Of a stretch of DNA of 62,020 nt, positions 25,760-37,900 are shown in pieces (the stretch's first letter is position 1; the number at the start of each line of letters is the position of its first letter). The stretch lies in the IMG/VR virus record IMGVR_UViG_3300023082_000008, positions 64,001 through 126,020 of that record; one strand, written 5' to 3'. The notes beneath the pieces were generated by a model. That model saw only the letters and a list, made by a program, of their open reading frames with translations. It made no database searches and was not told the origin of the DNA. The DNA comes from a virus (Duplodnaviria; Heunggongvirae; Uroviricota; Caudoviricetes). The position numbers were made by a program, and so were the translations under genes.

Positions 25760-28700
25760 ATGAAGCAGAATACACCAGTACAAAACACTATTCGAAAGTC
25801 CCACTCAGTTAAGGCTTTGCCTCGTCTATGTGCAGAATTTAATTGGAATAGATACTCTACTCCCACGGCAGACAACACCCCTCCACACACGACTGTTGCG
25901 CGTGACCCTGACTTTTACCCTGCCGAATCTATGACAAGACCTAACCGTCCTAAAAAGGGGCACGTAAAAGCACAGTTGGATTATTCAATTCTGTCTGAAA
26001 CTTATTCTCCTGCTCCACCGCCTGTACGACACCACATCGCAGAGGTAGAGGACGTTTACAAGTATTGGTCAAGCCCAGAGCCTACCAAGGCAGGTATTAT
26101 GGCTACAAACCTAGCCATTAATCCGTCTTTTGAAAAGGCCCAGTACACAAACACAGCGGAACGGTTTAGAAATCTAGTTAAAAACCCTGTGCCTATTATC
26201 AATACAGCAACCTGGAATTTGGCAGGAAACGTTAGTGCTATTTCGTCTTCTCCGTTGAGTGTCCCTGCTTTTGTATTTAGACGCCGCGCTGGTGCTTTAG
26301 CAATTGTTTATACAAATGACCAGTCGGCATTTGCTGTCAAGGGTGGTCAGTATTACTCTCTGTCTGCACTTGCAATGGTTTACAGTGGCCAGACACTTTC
26401 AATGGATATTCAGTGGCTAGACTCCAATGGTGCTTTGATTTCATATTCTCCAAGAGCCTTTATGTATGGACCTGGTACAACTGTTGGTGCTCCAGTAGAC
26501 AATAAGTTTTATCCAGTACCGTCTGGCACGCCCACTTGGTTCAATCATTCAGTTATTGCTCCCGCCAATGCTACTTCGGGCATTGTCCGTATATTCCGAG
26601 ACGCTGGTGCTGACGGAGATGCCTATGTCACATTTATTCAAGTTACAAGAACTCGTTTTGCTTTACCATATTTTGACGGCGGTGGTGCAAATGGTCTGGG
26701 CCTCGATCACTCAATTAGTTGGGCAGGCACGCCATATGCATCAGAAACAATCAATGTTGGTCCAGTAGCCGATCAAGAAATTATTCGAAACCTTGTTCCC
26801 GATCCACAAACCAAAAGTGGTTTTGGTTGGAGTGCACAGTGGTACGGCACAGGAGGGGCCGGTACAGATACAGTAATAACGGACACCGTCAATCTAACAC
26901 CAGTAGGAGGAACTACCTTTCGTAGAAAGAGATGGACTACTGCACCAACAACAAGTTCTGATATTGGATGGTCTTTTCGTAATTCAAATACAGCCAACGA
27001 TTACTTTGCTGTTACTCCGGGAGAGTATGTTTCTGCTTCTGCCTATCATCGTACAAGCATGCCCTCTACTTTGGTTAGAATTAATTTTTCTTGGTACAAC
27101 GCATCTAATGTACAGGTGGGCACGACTGTTTCGGGAACTCCAGTAACAGGAACTTCTACTTGGAACCGTGTCACCGGAATTAGCCCAGTTGCCCCAGCAG
27201 GAGCAACTAAAGTACGTGTTGACCTTCGAATTGATCGCACACCTGGTCTCCCAGTTGTTAATGATACTTTTGATGCAACTGGAATTATGGTGACAAAATC
27301 AACTGCTATTCCAGACTTTTTTGATGGTACTGGAGCGTCCCCTGGCGGGTATTTTGACGATCCAGATTTTCAGTTTGCATGGATCGGTACAGCCAATGCA
27401 AGTCAGAGTGTTGCAAGAGGAATTTCTGTAGCCAACACGTCAAGAAGTACGGCCTCTTTTGCTATTCAATCAGTGAGAGAAGACAAAAAGTGGTTGAGAA
27501 TTACCACTATTGGATCGTCTCTCGATTCTTACGCTGACGTTGCGCAGATGATGGGTGGATTTGTAGACGGAAAAACTTATACAGTAATGGCAACATCAAG
27601 ACAAGAAGGGGCAATTACCAATTCAACTGGTGGTAATAAACCTCGTGCAATGTGGGCCATTAGCACTGGAATCACACCTGCCATTTCCGCTCAAAGCACA
27701 GCAGGAGCCAATGCGGCTGGAACAACCAGTCATCTGATGACAGTTACTGTGCCACCAAGTACTGCTGGTGCAACCTACAAGGGAATGAGGTTGATCAACG
27801 GCGGTGCCGTATTTGGCGGCGACATTTGGTGGGATAATCTTACGGTTGTTGAGGGCATTTACGATGGACCGGCCTTCAATGGAAATACAGTAGGTACTTC
27901 ACAAATTAATCACGCCTGGACTGGAACACCAAGCGCTTCTACATCTATCCGTACAGATGCCTTGGCATTTGGACCTTTGAATGGTGCATCTAGTTCAGCA
28001 AACCCACAGGTCACATATGACCGCTTAGTGCGAACAAATAAAATTCTTGTTGGTCTAGAAACGTCTCTCAATTATCCTGTTATTTATGAAGTTTCAATTA
28101 AGGAAACAATGAATGGTTCATGGATTAAAGTAGCAGATCAGGATAGTGCTATTATTGACGCAGATGGCAGAATCGCTTTGTACTATAACGGTACGTCATG
28201 GACACCAACCAAAACACTTGCGTATAACAAGCAAATTGCCGGTATCCAGTTTAAGGCTGTTAAAATGAATCTTAGTGGATTCCTGAACGTTATTGAAATT
28301 GCAGCCATTCTTGAAATGGATTTGACAGACTATCTTACAACGGTAACCGATCAATTTGATCTTGGAGATTCAAATGTTTTGTCTCCAATAGGGAAGATTT
28401 CTTCTAACACCGCAACGGTGACTCTGTTTAACGGACTAGTAGATGAAGATGATTTCACAAAGGGACTTATGTTTAATCAAGGAAATCTAAACTCTCCCCT
28501 TTATGGTCTCATGAAAGAAAACGTTAAATTTACTCTTGACTATCTTTATGATGCTTCCGCATTCAGTGGCTCTACTACCGAGCCAATTCGCCAGTTTGTT
28601 ATGTATGCTGAGCAAGACTGGGGCGCTGATCTACAAGAAACTGTTTCGGTTAGCCTGCGCGATGGATCAAAATTCTTGCAAGAAATTAAATGCCCTGAAA

Positions 28701-30844
28701 CTTTCTATGTTGCAAATGGCAAGATGACAATTGGAGAACTTATCTGGAGACTTCTTGATAATGTAGGATTTCTTGACTACAATATTGATCAACCTGATCT
28801 TGATTCTCCTATGGCGATTAACTATTTTTGGGTTAAAACAGACAAGTACGTTTGGGAAACTCTTGCTGAACTAGCAGATGCGACACAAACTGCAATCTAC
28901 TTTGACTCATATGGAGTGCTTCAAATCAAGACAAAAGAAGAAGCATTCAAGCCTACGGCAACGCCGGTATGGACAATTCGTGGAGAAACATCTGGACTAG
29001 AACTAGAAGACCTTGTAGCAGACAGTCTACAAAATGAACGCAAGGATATTTCAAATACCTTTACCGTTAATTATAGACCCGTTGATTTTGAGAAGTCATC
29101 AAATGACAACTTTATTTCTCAAATGGTTTGGCAACCCGAGGGAGATGTAACCATGCTTCGTTCAAGCGATCTAGCATCAAACTTCCTTGCCAATGACACC
29201 ATGTTTCATATCCCTCAGCCAGAGGCAGCCTCATGGCCTTACAGCGGTATGATTCAGATTGAGGGAGAGGTTATCGAATACGATGGTAAGGAGTATGGTT
29301 ACTTTGATGATACAGACAACGGTATTTTCAAAACGGCAATTGTAAGGTCGCTTTCCGACTATCAAATGTATTATTGGAAGACTAACACAGCAAATCAGTA
29401 CCGTAACTACTTTAGCGGACTATTTGTTGTAAAGCAGCGCGGTATGATGAACACAAACGTTCGCGATCATAAGATTGGAGCGTACCCATATGAGTTTAAA
29501 ACCGTTAGAGGAGCGGGTACTGCTGATGGAGTTTATGGTGCATACACAACAAAGCCTGCCAACCAATCTGCGTACCTTCGCTTGCAATCCTCTATTTACA
29601 CCCCTGCTGACAAGTATCACACAGCAACCCGAGGCAGTACCGGAGGAGACGCACCAAACTTCTATGGTACAAGATTGCGTTTCCCAAGTACTGGTCAGAG
29701 AGACAACTGCGGAGGACTGCTCATTAATGCAACAGGGCCTAACCTATCTGGTTACTATGTAGAAATGAAGCCTAGCACCAATGCTACTGCACAGTGGAGA
29801 GAGGTGTATGTATATGTCAAAGATGGCAATGGAGCACTCCTCCAAATCGGAAACTGGAGCGCAAATATTGCAAGAGATGTATGGTATTCACTGGATGTAC
29901 AGTTAAGTCGCGGAGACTCGGACCAGGACGGCGGAAAGGGAAACAGCGTACACTATATTTGGGTATGGCTTGACGGACGACTTTTGGGTGTTTGTGGAGT
30001 TCCTACATCTTGGCGTCGCACCAACTCCGATCGCTTCGGTATGCAACTTCATGCAAGTTCTGCAATTGACTACGACTATCTATATGCATATGAGCGTAGA
30101 GATGTAGGAGAGGAACAATTCTACGGTGATGACGTTTCTTTCTACGACCGTGTTCTTGGTGGCTACTATGCTAACCAGTCACTGGATGACTTTACTGAAA
30201 AGTATCGTCGCGCACGTCGACGCGTAGGAGATAAAAACGAATACTTTACGCAGCGTTACGATACAAAATTTTATGATGAATTTTCTCCTGTAGTTCATGA
30301 AATTCGTAAATATGAAGTGAAGTTTGATGAATCTCTACCAGGACTGGCACCGAAACTGATTGCTACAAATGAATCTCAAGCGAAGTATATTAACTTTCGA
30401 TCTACTGCCTTTAGTGCAGAGTTTTATGCTATTAATGCGTCTCATGACGATGTAAATATTAATGGTTCATATAATGGTATTGACCATAGTCTGGGAATTG
30501 CCATGCAGGCGTTGAAGCAATCAGAAGGAGATAAAATTGTTGTTGAAAATACTTCTGCAATACGTGCTGGTGGAAAGAAGGACCTGGAGATTACCTCAGA
30601 CCTAATTCAAAGTAAAGATCAGGCGACAAATATTGGAGAGTGGATTAAGAATCACTGGGACGACGGTACGGATGAAATCAGTGTAGAGATTTTTGGCAAC
30701 CCACTATTAGAATTGACTGATATTGTATATCTAGATGATCCTCAAACAAATCGAACAATGGTAAAATATTTTGTAATTGCTCTAGGAACATCATTCGATC
30801 AGGGCCTGAGCACCACCGCGCGTCTACGCAAGGTCCGTGTTTGA
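25760..30844 (+). CDS. minor tail/tail-tip hub protein with inserted carbohydrate-binding-like modules
   Basis: 1694 aa. Repeated NL(V/A)xNP ... (Y/F)FDG ... WxGTxxAS modules. Hub-like region (VWETLAELADATQTAIYFDSYGVL) and C-terminal VEIFGNPLLELTDIV. Confidence 0.8.
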   Translation: MKQNTPVQNTIRKSHSVKALPRLCAEFNWNRYSTPTADNTPPHTTVARDPDFYPAESMTRPNRPKKGHVKAQLDYSILSETYSPAPPPVRHHIAEVEDVYKYWSSPEPTKAGIMATNLAINPSFEKAQYTNTAERFRNLVKNPVPIINTATWNLAGNVSAISSSPLSVPAFVFRRRAGALAIVYTNDQSAFAVKGGQYYSLSALAMVYSGQTLSMDIQWLDSNGALISYSPRAFMYGPGTTVGAPVDNKFYPVPSGTPTWFNHSVIAPANATSGIVRIFRDAGADGDAYVTFIQVTRTRFALPYFDGGGANGLGLDHSISWAGTPYASETINVGPVADQEIIRNLVPDPQTKSGFGWSAQWYGTGGAGTDTVITDTVNLTPVGGTTFRRKRWTTAPTTSSDIGWSFRNSNTANDYFAVTPGEYVSASAYHRTSMPSTLVRINFSWYNASNVQVGTTVSGTPVTGTSTWNRVTGISPVAPAGATKVRVDLRIDRTPGLPVVNDTFDATGIMVTKSTAIPDFFDGTGASPGGYFDDPDFQFAWIGTANASQSVARGISVANTSRSTASFAIQSVREDKKWLRITTIGSSLDSYADVAQMMGGFVDGKTYTVMATSRQEGAITNSTGGNKPRAMWAISTGITPAISAQSTAGANAAGTTSHLMTVTVPPSTAGATYKGMRLINGGAVFGGDIWWDNLTVVEGIYDGPAFNGNTVGTSQINHAWTGTPSASTSIRTDALAFGPLNGASSSANPQVTYDRLVRTNKILVGLETSLNYPVIYEVSIKETMNGSWIKVADQDSAIIDADGRIALYYNGTSWTPTKTLAYNKQIAGIQFKAVKMNLSGFLNVIEIAAILEMDLTDYLTTVTDQFDLGDSNVLSPIGKISSNTATVTLFNGLVDEDDFTKGLMFNQGNLNSPLYGLMKENVKFTLDYLYDASAFSGSTTEPIRQFVMYAEQDWGADLQETVSVSLRDGSKFLQEIKCPETFYVANGKMTIGELIWRLLDNVGFLDYNIDQPDLDSPMAINYFWVKTDKYVWETLAELADATQTAIYFDSYGVLQIKTKEEAFKPTATPVWTIRGETSGLELEDLVADSLQNERKDISNTFTVNYRPVDFEKSSNDNFISQMVWQPEGDVTMLRSSDLASNFLANDTMFHIPQPEAASWPYSGMIQIEGEVIEYDGKEYGYFDDTDNGIFKTAIVRSLSDYQMYYWKTNTANQYRNYFSGLFVVKQRGMMNTNVRDHKIGAYPYEFKTVRGAGTADGVYGAYTTKPANQSAYLRLQSSIYTPADKYHTATRGSTGGDAPNFYGTRLRFPSTGQRDNCGGLLINATGPNLSGYYVEMKPSTNATAQWREVYVYVKDGNGALLQIGNWSANIARDVWYSLDVQLSRGDSDQDGGKGNSVHYIWVWLDGRLLGVCGVPTSWRRTNSDRFGMQLHASSAIDYDYLYAYERRDVGEEQFYGDDVSFYDRVLGGYYANQSLDDFTEKYRRARRRVGDKNEYFTQRYDTKFYDEFSPVVHEIRKYEVKFDESLPGLAPKLIATNESQAKYINFRSTAFSAEFYAINASHDDVNINGSYNGIDHSLGIAMQALKQSEGDKIVVENTSAIRAGGKKDLEITSDLIQSKDQATNIGEWIKNHWDDGTDEISVEIFGNPLLELTDIVYLDDPQTNRTMVKYFVIALGTSFDQGLSTTARLRKVRV

Positions 30845-30869
30845 CGTTTATTCTAAGTGCCTGTAGAAT
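30841..30869 (+). promoter_or_regulatory. promoter whose -35 contains the upstream stop codon
   Basis: TTGACG-17 nt-TAGAAT, then 6 nt, then ATG 30876. Confidence 0.75.
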
Positions 30870-30875
30870 GAATGT

Positions 30876-31166
30876 ATGCCAAAAGATTATACATTTGATC
30901 CCGAGACTGGTGACTTTGTCGCAACGAGAGATTTCAACTCAGGAAACCCCAGCGCCCCATCATCAAATTCTTTTACAATAATTGACCGACTAACTGATAA
31001 TGGTGGAACAAATTTGGGACTTCAACCCCCAGGTAATTTCTTTGTTGATTCGTTTACAGGTCAGGACATTAGAGTGAGTCCGGACGGTAAGGTTACGGTT
31101 GATGTAACTATTGTTGTAGAGGATGGACTAGACTCTGCCGAATATGAGGTACGAGTAACTAAGTGA
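30876..31166 (+). CDS. small minor tail protein
   Basis: Leaderless promoter geometry. Position in the tail block. Confidence 0.7.
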   Translation: MPKDYTFDPETGDFVATRDFNSGNPSAPSSNSFTIIDRLTDNGGTNLGLQPPGNFFVDSFTGQDIRVSPDGKVTVDVTIVVEDGLDSAEYEVRVTK

Positions 31167-31993
31167 TTACACAAAACGGTAGATATCACATCAAAAGATT
31201 TTTTGGTGGTCAAGTAGCCTCAATTGGCTCTTCCATTGCTATGGGAATTGGAGCGTCAACTCCAGGTATTGATGATAGTAAATTGAACTTTGAGGTTAGC
31301 CGAGCAGACGTAACAAGTACGTCATTTAATTTTGCTACCAATTCTTTGACATGGAAGGCAAAAGTACCAGAGGCATTATCCGCTAAAATTTACGAATTGG
31401 CGCTCTTTAGCCTATCAGTAAATACCTCAGCAAATGATGCTGGCGATAAAATGCTAGTTTCTTTTGATTCTGCATTCGAATCCTGGGGAGATGCAACCTG
31501 GTCAACGGTCAATACGCGTGTTGGTACTGATTCTTTGCGACAGGCTCCTACGGGAGGGGCAACCGTGACCAACGAGTTTATCGGTTCATTTAATTTTGGT
31601 GTTTATTCTGATGCAGATCAATTCATTATTGCTTACAATAATGCAGATACTAATACGGCGGCGGTAGAAGTAAGATTTGAAGTAGACGATACAAACTACT
31701 ATCGTTACACTGTGACGAATCCAACCGCTGGCTACAAAATTGCTACTATTGTAAAAGCAAACATGGTATCGGTAGGCACTCCCTCATGGGACAAAGTTGT
31801 TAAAATTCAAGTATCCACCACATCTAAGGCGGGTGTGGTGAGCACTGTAGACTGGGACGGTATCCGAGTGGCAGATACAGATACGGTAAACCCAAACTAC
31901 GTTTTGGTAGCAAGAGAAACATTAGAAACACCATTCATTATTAAGGGAGGTAGCGTCAGCGAGATTGAATTCTCTATGGCTATCACAGTATGA
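31163..31993 (+). CDS. minor tail protein
   Basis: MITQNGRYHIKRF...LNFEVSRADV...YELALF...LVARETL...EIEFSM. Overlap-coupled on both sides. Confidence 0.7.
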   Translation: MITQNGRYHIKRFFGGQVASIGSSIAMGIGASTPGIDDSKLNFEVSRADVTSTSFNFATNSLTWKAKVPEALSAKIYELALFSLSVNTSANDAGDKMLVSFDSAFESWGDATWSTVNTRVGTDSLRQAPTGGATVTNEFIGSFNFGVYSDADQFIIAYNNADTNTAAVEVRFEVDDTNYYRYTVTNPTAGYKIATIVKANMVSVGTPSWDKVVKIQVSTTSKAGVVSTVDWDGIRVADTDTVNPNYVLVARETLETPFIIKGGSVSEIEFSMAITV

Positions 31994-34900
31994 CACGCAT
32001 TCTACTTCGCGATCTAGCACCCGGAACTAAGTATCAAATTCAACTTCGCAGCAAGTATGGAAACAATACTTCTGACTGGTCACCAGTTTATGACTTCACA
32101 ACTAATCTCGACGCGATTCTACCAACGCAGCCTACAAACATCATGTGGAACTCTGTTGGTCGTTCGTTCCTAGCAACTTGGGAGGCACCTACTGTCGATA
32201 CAACCGGAGGCGTCCTTTACAATCTAGGTGGGTACCGTGTTCGCATCAGTCACGTACCCTCCAACAAGAGCGTTACCTATGTCATCAATGACACTCGATT
32301 CGACTTCACGTATGAAATGAACGAGGCAGCCTTCGGAAAGGCTCGCTCTCCATTGAACTTTGAAGTACAGTCGCTCAGCGCGACTAATCCGCTAAACAAC
32401 TCTCAATTTACCTCTCCTGTAACTGGTCAAAACCCAATTCCAACTGCACCGGTGATGGACCCTGCACGTACAGCAATTGATATGGTTGAATTTTCGTGGT
32501 CAGCAGCACCGGACCTTGATCTTGTTGGGTACAATGTTTACGCTTCTCAGACCAATGGATTTTCTCCCGGACCCACCAACTTACGATCATTTGTAAACGG
32601 CTTACAGTACAACCTCGTAAGCCCAAGCACTGCTCCTTGGTATGTACACGTGCGTTCTGTTGATATTTTTGGTCAAGAATCAATTTCGTCTCAGGTTTCT
32701 GGAACAATTACGTCGAGTGCTAAGGATACGACTGCTCCAGCGAATGCAACTGCACTAGCAGCAACCACTGCATACGATACTACGCGCAATAGATCATACA
32801 TCACTACTACCTGGACCAAGTCAACTGATGACGGCGCGGGAGCAAGAGATGTCCAGCAGTACATCATTCGCTACAGTTCGAACGGTGGCACAAACTGGAA
32901 TTACCTATACGTTCCAAGCAACACCACTACAGCGCGTCTTGACGTTGATCCTGCTACGGCCTACACAATTCAGATTGCGACGCAGGATTATTCTGGAAAT
33001 ACCAGTGTTTTCTTGGCAACTTCCCCTACCTCAATTACTTCTGCGGCTGACACTACCGCTCCAAGCACTCCATCCGCGCCGGTAGCAACTGGTGGAGTCT
33101 TCCAAGTATTCGTAAACCAAGCAAACACCAAGGCAGCCGGTGGAGCGATGGAATCAGATGTTGACCACTATGACGTATACATGTCAACGACAAACAACTT
33201 TACAACCTACGACGCCACAACTCTTAAGGGATCAATTCAGGTTGGCACAGTAATCGGCGCGGTATTTACAATTCCCGCAGCAACGACAAACACCACATGG
33301 TACGTAAAGACTGTTGCTGTAGACAAGTCTAACCTCCGTTCACCAGCATCAGCACAGGCAACGGCAACGGTATCACTAATTAACTCAACGTCTATTGACA
33401 ACGCAATCAACCTTGCTATCAGCAACGCACAGACCACTGCAACAAATGCTGGCAACGCTGCGGCGGTAGCAATCAAGTCATACGTCAATGAGTATTCAGT
33501 AAACTCTTCTGAGACAGTGGCCCCAACGACAGGCTGGTCAACGTCGACGCCAACCCGCACACCGGGCTCATTTATTTGGTTCCGTACAACTGTTACCCTG
33601 AATAACAACACGACCTCTACGACCAACCCTGCACTTCTGACGGGTAACGCAGGCTCAACTGGTTCACAGGGTATTCCCGGAACTCCTGGCTCCAACGGCC
33701 AGAGTCTTTATACATGGCTCAAGTACGCAGATACTCCTACAACGGGAATGAGTGATGATCCAACTGGTAAAACATATATGGGTATTGCTTATAACAAGTC
33801 AACTGCTACAGAGTCAAGCACATACACTGATTATGAGTGGACCCTTATCAAGGGCGCTGACGGCACAGACGGTAAGGGAATCTCCAACACAGTTGTTACA
33901 TATCAGATAGCATCGTCTGGAACAGTAGCCCCAACTGGTACTTGGAATGCAGCCCCAACTGCTACAACTCCCGGCCAGTTCCTTTGGACACGTACAGTAA
34001 CCACATACACTGATGCTACCACGACCACGGCGTATGCAGTTTCTGCTCACGGTGCTACTGGTTCAACTGGTAATACAGGTGCTACGGGTACTGGTATTTC
34101 AGGTACTTCCGTTATGTACCAAGTAGGAAATAGTGGAACTACAGCCCCAACAGGCACATGGTCTGCTGCTCCTGTAGCGACAACCACAGGTCAGTTCCTC
34201 TGGACCCGCACGATTACTACATACACTGACGCGACCACCGCAACGGCATACTCTGTATCCGCACATGGTGGTACTGGTGCTGCCGGAAAGGGCATTTCTT
34301 CAACAGCAGTTACCTATCAAACCGCAACCAGCGGAACTGTCGCACCTACAGGAACGTGGTCAGCGAGTCCAACGGCTACGACCACGGGTCAATTCTTGTG
34401 GGTCCGCACCATTACGACTTACACGGATGCTTCAACCGTTACCGCATATGCTGTTTCAGCACACGGCGCGACAGGTAGTACAGGAAGCACGGGAGCAGCC
34501 GGTAGAGGCGTTAGCGGAACGACAGTAACTTACCAAGTAGGAAATAGTGGAACAGTAGAGCCTACTGGTACATGGTCAACTTCTCTTGTTGCTACGACAG
34601 CACCCGGACAGTTCTTGTGGACACGAACGATTACCACATACACGGATTCCCTCAACCCAACGACGGCATACGCTGTTTCGGCGCACGGTTCAACTGGCCC
34701 ACAGGGTAACCAAGGTATCCAGGGTCCTATTGGTCCAAATGGTCTACCAACCTACACATGGATCAAGTATGGTACTTCTGCAACTGGTGCTGGATTTGCC
34801 GATTTGCCAGATGGTAAGACATACATCGGTATTGCATACAACAAGACAACTCAGACTGAGTCTGAAACTCCATCCGATTACGAATGGTCATTGATCCAAG

Positions 34901-37900
34901 GACCACAGGGTGTGCCCGGAACACCAGCAGCGTCAATTAGTCTTACTTCAACGACACAGGTTCTCACCGCTCCTGCAACCGGTGGAGCAACGACTCCAGC
35001 CACTGCGGTAGTAACAGGAAACGCTGTCAATACAACAATCTCAGCATGGGAGTACAGCGTAGACGGTGGAGCATTCTCCGCAACCGTTCCTGCCGGTGCG
35101 TCTCGTACAGGTAATGTAGTTACCATCACTGGCGCTACAATGACTGCTAGAACAATTGCGGTACGAATGGCAGACGCCAACGGTATTGCAGATACACTCA
35201 CGGTCGCTGAGGTTTCCAACGGTGCTACAGGAGCAACTGGTAACACTGGTTCGACAGGTGCTGCCGGTGCAGACGCCTATACAGTAATTCTTACCAATGA
35301 GGCCCAGGTCTTTTTGGGATCAACTACATCTGCCAATGCAGGCTCAACTACTACATCTGTTATTGCTTACAAGGGTGCGGTACAGCAGACTGCGACTATT
35401 GGTACTATCACTGGTCAGGTAACAGGACTAACAACTGCTATCACAAACAATGGTACGAACAATGCTACGGTAACGGTTACTGTCACAACTGCATTGACTA
35501 CTTTGAGTGGGACTCTTACCATTCCTATCACAGTGGACGGAAAGTCATTCACAAAGACTTTCTCCTGGTCTGTTGGTCTTGCTGGCGCCCAGGGTACTAC
35601 AGGTAACACTGGTTCTACAGGCGTTAGCGTCACGGCAGTTACACCATTTTATGCACAGGTAACAACTGGGTCAGCCGCACCCGCCAGCCCTGGAACAGTA
35701 GCAGCCCCTCCCGCACCTTGGGTAGCGACAGAACCTACATATGTCGCCGGTACTGAACTCTACACAACAAATCGTATTACATTTAGTAATACAACTTACG
35801 CTTATACAGCAGTTGTTAAATCATCTTCATACGCAGCGGCGGTAGTGGCTCTTACTACTGCTAACGGTAAGAACAAGATTAATTACTCAACGTCAGCACC
35901 TACATCGTCATCAGTTGGCGCGGTAGGAGACTTTTGGATGGTTCGTGACGCTACTACGGGTGTTATCTCAGGACAGTATGAACTAAAGACTGTTGCTGGC
36001 TCTGTTTACACGTGGGCTTCACAAACTATTGGTAACGATGTAGTAGCCGCCGGTATTAATGCTGGTAAGATCACAGTGGGTGAAATGAGCGGTGACCGAA
36101 TCACTGCTAACACCCTTACCATTAATAAGACTACTGGACTACAGTCAACTCTGGATGCCGCACTAAACGCTAATCCTAATCTCTTTCCAAATTCATCCTT
36201 TGAAAAGGATGACGCGAGTGCATCGAATGTTGTTACAGTTACTTACCCAGCAACACCGCTCATTCACGGGACTCGCAGCATGCGCGTTACACGCTCTGCC
36301 ACGGGTGATGCTTACAAATTAAGCCCATACAATGTTCCTGGTGCCATTGTTGGTGGTAAGACTGTTACTATTTCATGGACCGCCAGAGGAACTGCCGGTA
36401 CTGTTACTGGAAATCAAAACACTATCCAACTACAGCGTGAAGGTGATGGAAACATTCCTGCTGTTAATACTGTAACTCCAGCAGCACTTACATCAAATGC
36501 TCAGCGTTTTTCATATACAACAACTATTCCTGCAAGCGCCTCCAACTATCGTCTAGTCTTTCGTACAGGAGCCAATGTAAATGATTACATTGAATATGAC
36601 GCGGTGCAAGTTGAGGTTGGAGATAAGGCAACCCCTTGGGGTCTAACGCCTACAGAAGCCGCAGAGAATGCTCAAAACGCCGCTATTCAATCTTTCTTCA
36701 TTAATTCAAATTCTACCTTCTCTGACTGGACTGGCTCTTGGCCCGAAGGTTCGGGGGTATGGGGTACAGGCGCTCCAATTAAGGAAACAGTTCTCGTCCG
36801 CACCCCACCAAATGCCGTTCGATTCACAAACTCTGTAGTTGGCGATCAATGGGGAATGACATATAATACTCCATTAAGCACCCTTCCTTACTCAGAATAT
36901 GTGGTAATGGAAGCAGATGTAATGCTTACGTCTGGAAACTTTAATGGGTCTGGACTTCTATTGGACTGGATGGGCGTTACTGGAAATCCACGCTCTTCCA
37001 TGCATTTTGCCACTTTAGAGCCTTCCCCGGCACTTAATAAGTGGTATAAGTTTACTCAGGTGTTTAAGCGACCAACAGCCACAGGAACATGGACTGGCTG
37101 GAACGGCTATGTCATGGGAAACTATTCTGGTCTTGCTGGAGGAAACTCGGCAAAGAGTATTATTTTTGATAAAGTTGGATTGCGTCCAGCGACACAAGAA
37201 GAAATTACAGCATTTAATGCTCCTGCCAACCTAGCCGCCGGTATGACCACAGCGTCAAACAACGCGGTAGCGAGCCTTAAGACACTTTGGGGTCACCCAC
37301 TAGATCAAACACGTATTGATGGTGGGGATATTTATACGCAAACAATCAAGGCCAACAGCCTTACTCTAGGTGACTTCACTAACTACATTGCTGATGCAGA
37401 CCTAACCGATTCGTCATTTTCAAACTGGTCAATTACAAATGGATTAACTCGAATTGCAGCAGCAGATATAAACAATCCTGCTTACATTCAATGGGTTACT
37501 GCTAGCGGTGGCAACGCTCATATTTACAATAACAATTACTTTGAGGTAAATCCAGGAGATAAGTTTTTCTTTAAGTGTGAAGTTTCTGCTCCTTCATCAA
37601 ATACAAATGCAGTAAATCTTTCGGGAGCCATGCATGCATACGGTCCTACAGGAGCGACCACTACATGGCCACAACTATCACCTGTTGCAGTTACCCCTGG
37701 ACAGGGTTGGACTAGTTACTCAGGAATTATTGAAATTCCAGCCGGTGTATCATCTAGAGCACAGTTTGATCCATTTGCACAATCTAATAGTGGAACAGTA
37801 GCCGGTCAGGTAATCCGTATGCGTAGAATGAGTCTACGTCGAATGAATGGCGCAGAACTAATTGTCGATGGTTCTATCACTGCTACCAAGGTTGGTACTA

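Noticed and set aside
33871-34700. Tail fibre repeats as a CRISPR array or DGR template/variable pair
   Set aside because: The repeats are in-frame protein modules differing at all base types, not only adenines. There are no spacers and no reverse transcriptase in the window.
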